Origin: Alphaproteobacteria bacterium
Lineage (GTDB): Bacteria > Pseudomonadota > Alphaproteobacteria > Micropepsales > Micropepsaceae
Direction: 5' to 3'
DNA: 64,000 nucleotides
Assembly (NCBI GenBank): GCA_025361185.1
Contig: JANYAR010000031.1
Coordinates: forward strand, 30,197-94,196
The position numbers and the translations under genes are program-made. Below, piece after piece: positions 58,519 to 64,000 of the stretch. The notes below the pieces were generated by a model, which saw nothing but the letters and a program-made list of their open reading frames with translations, was not told the DNA's origin and did not search any database. The stretch's first letter is position 1. Each line of letters starts with the position of its first letter.

Positions 58519-59037
58519 GTGCGCTTGGCGCTATATGAGCCCGATCTCCCGCAAAATGCGGGCAGCCTGATGCGTCTGGGCGCCTGCCTGGGGGTGGGAA
58601 TCGATATTATCGAGCCCTGTGGATTTCTTCTGTCGGACCGAAATTTCCGCCGGGCCGGCATGGATTATCTCCAAAGCGCCGATATTCGCCGCCATGAGTC
58701 CTGGAGCCGATTCCACCAAAGCTTGCAGGACAGGCTGGTCCTGCTGACCACCAGGGGGGACATGGCCTATACCAACTTCGCCTTTGCCCCCGGCGACACC
58801 TTGCTGGTGGGCCGGGAAAGCGCAGGCGTGCCCCAGCCCGTGCATGACGCCGCGGATGCCAAGCTGGTGATTCCCCTGCGCCCCGGCCTGCGGTCCTTGA
58901 ATGTGGCGCAGGCGGCCGCGATGGTGCTGGGGGAAGCTTTGCGTCAGACATCTCTTTTTCCGAAGGGTGGCCCGCCCAGCGAAGTGGCCGGGTGCGACAG
59001 CGTGCTGACGTCGGCCGTGCGGCCAAATAAGGAATGA
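58519..59037 (+). CDS. trmL: tRNA (cytidine(34)-2'-O)-methyltransferase
   Basis: PDLPQNAG, RRAGMDY, GRESAG, RSLN. Confidence 0.92.
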   Translation: MRLALYEPDLPQNAGSLMRLGACLGVGIDIIEPCGFLLSDRNFRRAGMDYLQSADIRRHESWSRFHQSLQDRLVLLTTRGDMAYTNFAFAPGDTLLVGRESAGVPQPVHDAADAKLVIPLRPGLRSLNVAQAAAMVLGEALRQTSLFPKGGPPSEVAGCDSVLTSAVRPNKE

Positions 59038-59648
59038 CCTTGGAACTGGCCCTGTTGCAGCCCGGCGGACTGGTCGCACTAGCCCAAGTGCTGATGATCG
59101 ATGTGGTGCTGGCGGGCGACAATGCCGTGGTCATCGGCCTGGCTGCCGCCAAGGTGCCGCCTTCGTTGCGCAAGAAAGTCATTCTGTGGGGCCTGGCCGC
59201 GGCGGTGGGATTGCGAATCGGTCTGGCCGTCATCGCCGTGTCGCTGATGCAGGTCATCGGGCTGAGGCTGGCAGGCGGCATCCTTCTTCTATGGGTATGC
59301 TGGCGCTTCTGGCGCGACATCCGAAGCGGACCGCATTGCGCCCATAGCGGGTCCGCGCCGCAAGCCGGCGCGTCGCTCAAGCGCGCGGTACTGCAGATCG
59401 TGCTGGCCGATGTCTCCATGTCGCTGGACAATGTGCTGGCGGTGGCGGGCGCCGCCGTTGGGCATCTGGACGTGCTGGTGATCGGCTTGCTGCTGTCGGT
59501 GGCGTTGATGGGCACGGTGGCGAACTTCATCGCCAAGCTGCTCGAGCGCTACCGCTGGATCAGCTATATCGGATTGGCGATCGTTCTGTATGTCGCCGTC
59601 ACCATGGTCTGGCATGGTGGAACCCAGGTCATGAACGCGATCAACTAA
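59034..59648 (+). CDS. TerC/YjbE family membrane protein
   Basis: DVVLAGDNAVVI, ADVSMSLDNVLAVAGAA. Confidence 0.92.
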   Translation: MTLELALLQPGGLVALAQVLMIDVVLAGDNAVVIGLAAAKVPPSLRKKVILWGLAAAVGLRIGLAVIAVSLMQVIGLRLAGGILLLWVCWRFWRDIRSGPHCAHSGSAPQAGASLKRAVLQIVLADVSMSLDNVLAVAGAAVGHLDVLVIGLLLSVALMGTVANFIAKLLERYRWISYIGLAIVLYVAVTMVWHGGTQVMNAIN

Positions 59649-59685
59649 CACCCAATGTCAAACGCAACAGAAGCGCCACCCTTGC

Positions 59686-59826
59686 CTCATCATGTCTGTT
59701 CTGACGCTGCCGCTAGAACAGACATGATGAGTGCGCCAGCGCCTAAACCAATCTCAACAGCAGCGCCTACCGCGCCTCATCGCGACCGTCCACTACGCTG
59801 CCGCTAAGCCGGTCGTGATGCGTGCG
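59686..59826 (-). repeat. Two hairpins with TAGCGGCAGCGT loops between convergent genes
   Basis: 17-bp perfect stem 59686-59702/59715-59731; second imperfect stem around the motif at 59793-59806. Confidence 0.8.
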
Positions 59827-59833
59827 ACGGCAT

Positions 59834-60673
59834 CTAGTCGATCCGCAAAAGAAGCGCGGTAGCATCATCGCTCTTCTTGAAACGTGGAAACTTGTCGCCG
59901 CCGGCATCCCCCGCCTCGATGGCGCGCAGTTCTTCGCCCAGCGCCGCCAGTCCCTTGTCCAGCGCCGCCGCCATCAGACTGTCGGCGCTATAGACACCAT
60001 AGTCGCTGGCCAACGCCAGGAACCCGTCACTGGCCAGCAGCAGGTGGCTGGCGGCTTTCATCAGCCGCCGCGAGACATGCGCCGCCGCTTTCACATCCGG
60101 GCTGAACAGCCAGGAATCGCCGCTGTTGATGCGATTGCGGCTGTTGCGCAACGAACCCAAAAATTCCGGGCGGCTGAGACCGGCCGCCGGCGACAGATTT
60201 TTCTCCTTCGCCAGCGCCTGCGCGGCTTGCGCTTCGGCGGCGCGCTTGTCGAAGGTCTCCCCCACCACGGTCACCGCTTTGTCGCCCTGTTTGACCAGCG
60301 CGGCACAATCGCCATACCAGAGAAATTCCAGACCATCCTCGTTCGGCACCACCAACATCATGGAGCCGCACGGCGTCTGCCACATCTCTTCAGGCGCATG
60401 GCGGCGCAGCGCTTCAAAGGATTTCTGCGTATCCGCCAGCGTTGCGCGCAGCGCCTTGCGCGCCCCATCGCCGCCCTTCAGATGCGCCATCAGCCGCCGC
60501 GCTCCGAATTGCGCGATCCAGGCGGCATCGCTGGGGCCGGGCATCAGGCCCTCGCCCAGCGGCGTGGCGCCGTCGATCACCACCGCGGCCGTCTCGCCAT
60601 GGCCGAAGGCGTCCTCATTGGTCTTGGCGGGGTCGCCCGGCAGCGACAGAAATTCCGCAACCTCCAATCTCAT
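59834..60673 (-). CDS. PP2C-like (PPM) phosphatase domain protein
   Basis: NED, IDGAT, GDC, LASDGF, KKSDDAT. Confidence 0.8.
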   Translation of the reverse strand: MRLEVAEFLSLPGDPAKTNEDAFGHGETAAVVIDGATPLGEGLMPGPSDAAWIAQFGARRLMAHLKGGDGARKALRATLADTQKSFEALRRHAPEEMWQTPCGSMMLVVPNEDGLEFLWYGDCAALVKQGDKAVTVVGETFDKRAAEAQAAQALAKEKNLSPAAGLSRPEFLGSLRNSRNRINSGDSWLFSPDVKAAAHVSRRLMKAASHLLLASDGFLALASDYGVYSADSLMAAALDKGLAALGEELRAIEAGDAGGDKFPRFKKSDDATALLLRID

Positions 60674-60683
60674 GCCCGGCATC

Positions 60684-61904
60684 TCATGTATGACCTTGGT
60701 CGACCAAGGCCTTGAGTTGGTCGCGCAAGGCGCCTTCGCCGGCGGCGAAATCGCCGTCCACCCACCAGTCTTCCACCTGGGCCAGCACACGGCCGACCCG
60801 CGGCCCTTCCGGCACGCCCGCCTGCATCACATCGCGCCCGGTCAAGACAAAGCGCGGCTGCTGCCAGTTTTCCGCCATCTGCAGCAGCATGCGCCAAGCG
60901 CCGGCCGCTTGCGGCGCAGCGGCCCATTGCAGCATCACCTTGTCGCGAAAACGTGCCGCGCCCAGACGGTAGAGCAGCCGCCGTGCGTCGCGGGCCGACA
61001 GTTGCGCGGCGATCTTCTCGCCGCCCAATGCCTGTTCCAGCCTGGTCCGATGGACGTTGGAAAGCCTCAGAACATCCGCCGCCGCCCGGGCGGCCTGCTC
61101 GCTGTCAGGCAGCAGTGCCGCCAAACGCAGCACCGCATCGCGCACAAAGAGATTTTCCACATCCAACTGGGTCAGTCTTTCCAGCCGCGGCAACTGCAAC
61201 GCTCCCGGCAGCAATAAGGACAGAATGCCCGTCGCCGCCATCACCCGCAGAACCGGGGCCGGAGTGCCCGCTTCCAGCAGGCGCAGCAATTCCTTGGCGA
61301 TCCGTTCCGCCGACAGGGTCCCCAGCCTGTCCTTGGCCTCGGCGGCGGCGCGCAACCCTTCCGCATCGATTTCGCCCTTGCCATACCAGGCATGGAAGCG
61401 GAACAGGCGCAGCACCCGAAGATAATCTTCCGCGATGCGCGCGCGTGCATCGCCCATGAAGCGCACCCGGCCGGCGATCAAATCCTCGACCCCGGTGGCA
61501 TAGTCGAAAATCTCGCCGCCGGCGGAAGCATAAAGCGCGTTGATGGTGAAGTCGCGCCGCGCTGCGTCCGCCGCCCAATCGTCAGTGAAAATCACTTTGG
61601 CGTGGCGGCCATCGCTTTCCACATCGCGGCGAAGCGAGGTGACCTCGAAGGCTTGATGGCCGGCAACAGCGGTGATGGTGCCGTGTTCCACCCCCGTCTC
61701 CACCACCTTGATGCCTTTGGCATTCAGCCGCGCCGCCGCTTCCTGCGGCGGCATGGGCACGGCGATATCGATGTCCGCCACGGCTGTGCCCAGCAGGGCA
61801 TTGCGAACGGCACCGCCGACAAAGCGCGCTTCGCCCAGGGCGTTCATGACCGCAACCGTTTCCGGCATGGTCATCCAGCTATGCTGAGAGGGATCGATTT
61901 TCAC
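60684..61904 (-). CDS. cca: CCA tRNA nucleotidyltransferase
   Basis: VGGAVRN..DIDIA, RRDFTINAL, EDYLRVLR.FRF, SAERI. Confidence 0.92.
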   Translation of the reverse strand: MKIDPSQHSWMTMPETVAVMNALGEARFVGGAVRNALLGTAVADIDIAVPMPPQEAAARLNAKGIKVVETGVEHGTITAVAGHQAFEVTSLRRDVESDGRHAKVIFTDDWAADAARRDFTINALYASAGGEIFDYATGVEDLIAGRVRFMGDARARIAEDYLRVLRLFRFHAWYGKGEIDAEGLRAAAEAKDRLGTLSAERIAKELLRLLEAGTPAPVLRVMAATGILSLLLPGALQLPRLERLTQLDVENLFVRDAVLRLAALLPDSEQAARAAADVLRLSNVHRTRLEQALGGEKIAAQLSARDARRLLYRLGAARFRDKVMLQWAAAPQAAGAWRMLLQMAENWQQPRFVLTGRDVMQAGVPEGPRVGRVLAQVEDWWVDGDFAAGEGALRDQLKALVDQGHT

Positions 61905-62518
61905 GACTCAGTTATATCACTTAAGCGCATCGCCAGATTGACCGCGATGGCGGCGGTGGCGCCCCAGATTTCACGGTCCCGATAGGTGAAGGCGTAGAAA
62001 TTGCGCGGCTGGCCGGCGATCTCGCGGTTTTCGCGCCGCCGGTTGGCTGGGTCGCACAGAAAGGCCAGCGGCACCTCGAAGATTTCCGCGACCTCACGCG
62101 GATCCGGCGACAAGGTGAAGCCTTGCCGCAGCAGGCCGACCACGGGCTGGATATCGAAACCGGTGCCCGTAAGATAACGGTCGAGATAGCCCGCCACGGT
62201 GACAAAGCCGGGCGCGATGCCGGTTTCCTCGAAGGTCTCGCGCAACGCCGTCTCCGCCGGCGAAGGATCGGCTTCTTCGCTGCGCCCGCCGGGGAAACTG
62301 ATCTGGCCGCTATGGCGTACCAAGCTGTCGGTGCGGCGCGTGAACAGAAGTGTGGAATCGCCTTGCGCGGGGGTGCGCAGAATCACGGGCAAAAGCACCG
62401 CCGCCTTGACCGCGCCGAAACCGGCTGGGGGGAGCAGCAGGTCGTAATCGTCATGCGCGGTCAATTCCGGCGGCTGTTGCGCCAGCCGGGCGCGCAGTTG
62501 TTCCGCGGCGAGCTTCAT
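61901..62518 (-). CDS. CoA pyrophosphatase (Nudix, NudL-like)
   Basis: HSGQISFPGG...ALRETFEETG, IWGATA. Confidence 0.9.
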   Translation of the reverse strand: MKLAAEQLRARLAQQPPELTAHDDYDLLLPPAGFGAVKAAVLLPVILRTPAQGDSTLLFTRRTDSLVRHSGQISFPGGRSEEADPSPAETALRETFEETGIAPGFVTVAGYLDRYLTGTGFDIQPVVGLLRQGFTLSPDPREVAEIFEVPLAFLCDPANRRRENREIAGQPRNFYAFTYRDREIWGATAAIAVNLAMRLSDITES

Positions 62519-62672
62519 GTGCGCCTCGCGCCGAATCGTTGCTTGCGGGAAATTGCCGTCATCGCGCCACAATTTGAGGAATTTCTGTCGAATATTAAGG
62601 TATATCCGGGGTTGCGCCGTTCACGCCCCACGGTGCAACATAACGCCTGATCCCGGCAAGCTTTAGGCCCGC

Positions 62673-63686
62673 ATGAACAAGGTGGACATCCAGGACGACA
62701 TTCAAACCGGACGCGAAGCCGCACAGCGTCTGTCGGCATCGGCGGAAATTTTCGCGCGCGTGCGCGCCGGGCTGAATGCCGTGATTTTCGGCCAGGACGA
62801 GGTGGTCGAGCAGACCCTGATCACCCTTTTGGCGGGCGGCCATGGCTTGCTGATCGGCGTGCCGGGTCTGGCCAAGACCAAGCTGGTGGGTACGCTGGCC
62901 GTCGTGATGGGGCTGGATACCAGTCGCGTGCAGTTCACCCCGGACCTGATGCCCGCCGACATCACCGGTTCGGAAGTGATGGAAGAAAGCGCCAGCGGCG
63001 AGCGGGCTTTCCGCTTCATTCGTGGGCCGGTCTTCACGCAATTGCTGATGGCCGATGAAATCAATCGCGCCTCTCCGCGCACCCAGTCGGCGCTGCTGCA
63101 GGCGATGCAGGAAAAGCATGTCACGGTGGCGGGCGCCCGTCATGATCTGCCGCGCCTGTTCCATGTGCTGGCGACCCAGAATCCGCTGGAGCAGGAAGGC
63201 ACCTATCCTTTGCCGGAAGCCCAGCTCGACCGTTTCCTGCTGCAGATCGATGTCGGCTATCCCGACCTGGAGGCGGAACGCCGCATGCTGCTGGCCACAA
63301 CCATGGGCGAGGAAAAGGGCCCATCCAGGGTTTGCGGCCCCGACGATCTGCTGGAGGCCCAAACCTTGGTGCGCCGCATTCCCGTCGGCGAACAGGTGAT
63401 GGAAGCCATTTTGTCCCTGGTGCGGGCGGCGCGCCCCGATTCCGATCACGACGGCGGCGTCAAGGGCCAGATCGCCTGGGGCCCGGGCCCGCGCGCCAGC
63501 CAGGCGCTGATGCTGGCGGTGCGCGCGCGCGCGCTGCTGGGTGGCCGCATGGCGCCTTCCACCGACGATGTCGTGGCCCTGGCAGGGCCGGTGTTGCGCC
63601 ATCGCATGGCATTGAATTTCGCCGCCCGCGCCGAAGGCGCCACCGCGGCAAGCGTGATCGAGCGGCTCTGCGCCAGTCTCTTTTGA
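62673..63686 (+). CDS. MoxR family AAA+ ATPase
   Basis: GVPGLAKT, QFTPDLMPAD, DEINR, ATQNPLEQEGTYPLPEAQLDRF. Confidence 0.95.
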   Translation: MNKVDIQDDIQTGREAAQRLSASAEIFARVRAGLNAVIFGQDEVVEQTLITLLAGGHGLLIGVPGLAKTKLVGTLAVVMGLDTSRVQFTPDLMPADITGSEVMEESASGERAFRFIRGPVFTQLLMADEINRASPRTQSALLQAMQEKHVTVAGARHDLPRLFHVLATQNPLEQEGTYPLPEAQLDRFLLQIDVGYPDLEAERRMLLATTMGEEKGPSRVCGPDDLLEAQTLVRRIPVGEQVMEAILSLVRAARPDSDHDGGVKGQIAWGPGPRASQALMLAVRARALLGGRMAPSTDDVVALAGPVLRHRMALNFAARAEGATAASVIERLCASLF

Positions 63687-63714
63687 GATCAGTCTCTTTT
63701 AAGATGAGTTTGTT

Positions 63715-64000
63715 TTGACCCAGTTCTCCACGCTTCAGCATGAAGCCGATGGTCTGTCCGCCGGGCTGCCGCCCCTGATGGTGGAGGCGGACCATCTGGC
63801 GGCATCGGTCAGTTTGGGGGTGCATGGCCGCCGCCGCGCCGGCATGGGCGAAAGTTTCTGGCAGTTTCGCCGTTATGCCAGCTCCGATTCATCGTCCGCC
63901 ATCGACTGGCGGCAATCCGCCAAGTCGCAGCATATCTTCGTGCGCGAGCGCGAATGGGAAGCCGCCCAGACCGTCTGGTTCTGGCGCGACGCATCCGCGA
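63715..64000 (+). CDS. DUF58 family protein, 5' part (runs off window)
   Basis: Hand translation GVHGRRRAGMGESFWQFRRY...IDWRQSAK...VREREWE; follows moxR. Confidence 0.88.
   Translation, partial: MTQFSTLQHEADGLSAGLPPLMVEADHLAASVSLGVHGRRRAGMGESFWQFRRYASSDSSSAIDWRQSAKSQHIFVREREWEAAQTVWFWRDASA

Overview
GC-rich chromosomal window from an alphaproteobacterium. The gene order is typical of the class; a Rhizomicrobium/Micropepsales-like origin is only my inference. Most of the window is housekeeping: cysI, prfC, divJ-like kinase, sodB, uvrB, glnD, trpS, folB, uvrC, pgsA, ilvE, ompR/envZ-like pair, proC, lgt, pgeF, prs, rplY, pth, ychF, mtnP/apt/mtnA, petABC, trmL, cca and moxR. I found no tRNA, rRNA, CRISPR array, integrase or transposase. 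The main non-routine observations are: (1) a dispersed family of intergenic hairpins with mostly unrelated stems that present the same loop, (TA)GCGRCAGCG(TA), densest at 23.07-23.74 kb and including a 44-bp inverted pair bracketing a 2.8-kb accessory segment; (2) an MTA/5'-deoxyadenosine salvage cluster in which mtnP-apt-GST-mtnA is followed by a fused class II aldolase-SDR, a candidate variant of the DHAP shunt; (3) a 42-bp direct repeat of the ompR 3' end around a 49-bp palindromic core, resembling an att scar; (4) an AT-rich scar joining a frameshifted ParB-N gene start to a probable DNA-methyltransferase tail; (5) a SodC-fold protein lacking three canonical His ligands. All family assignments come from motif recognition by eye; no database search was run.
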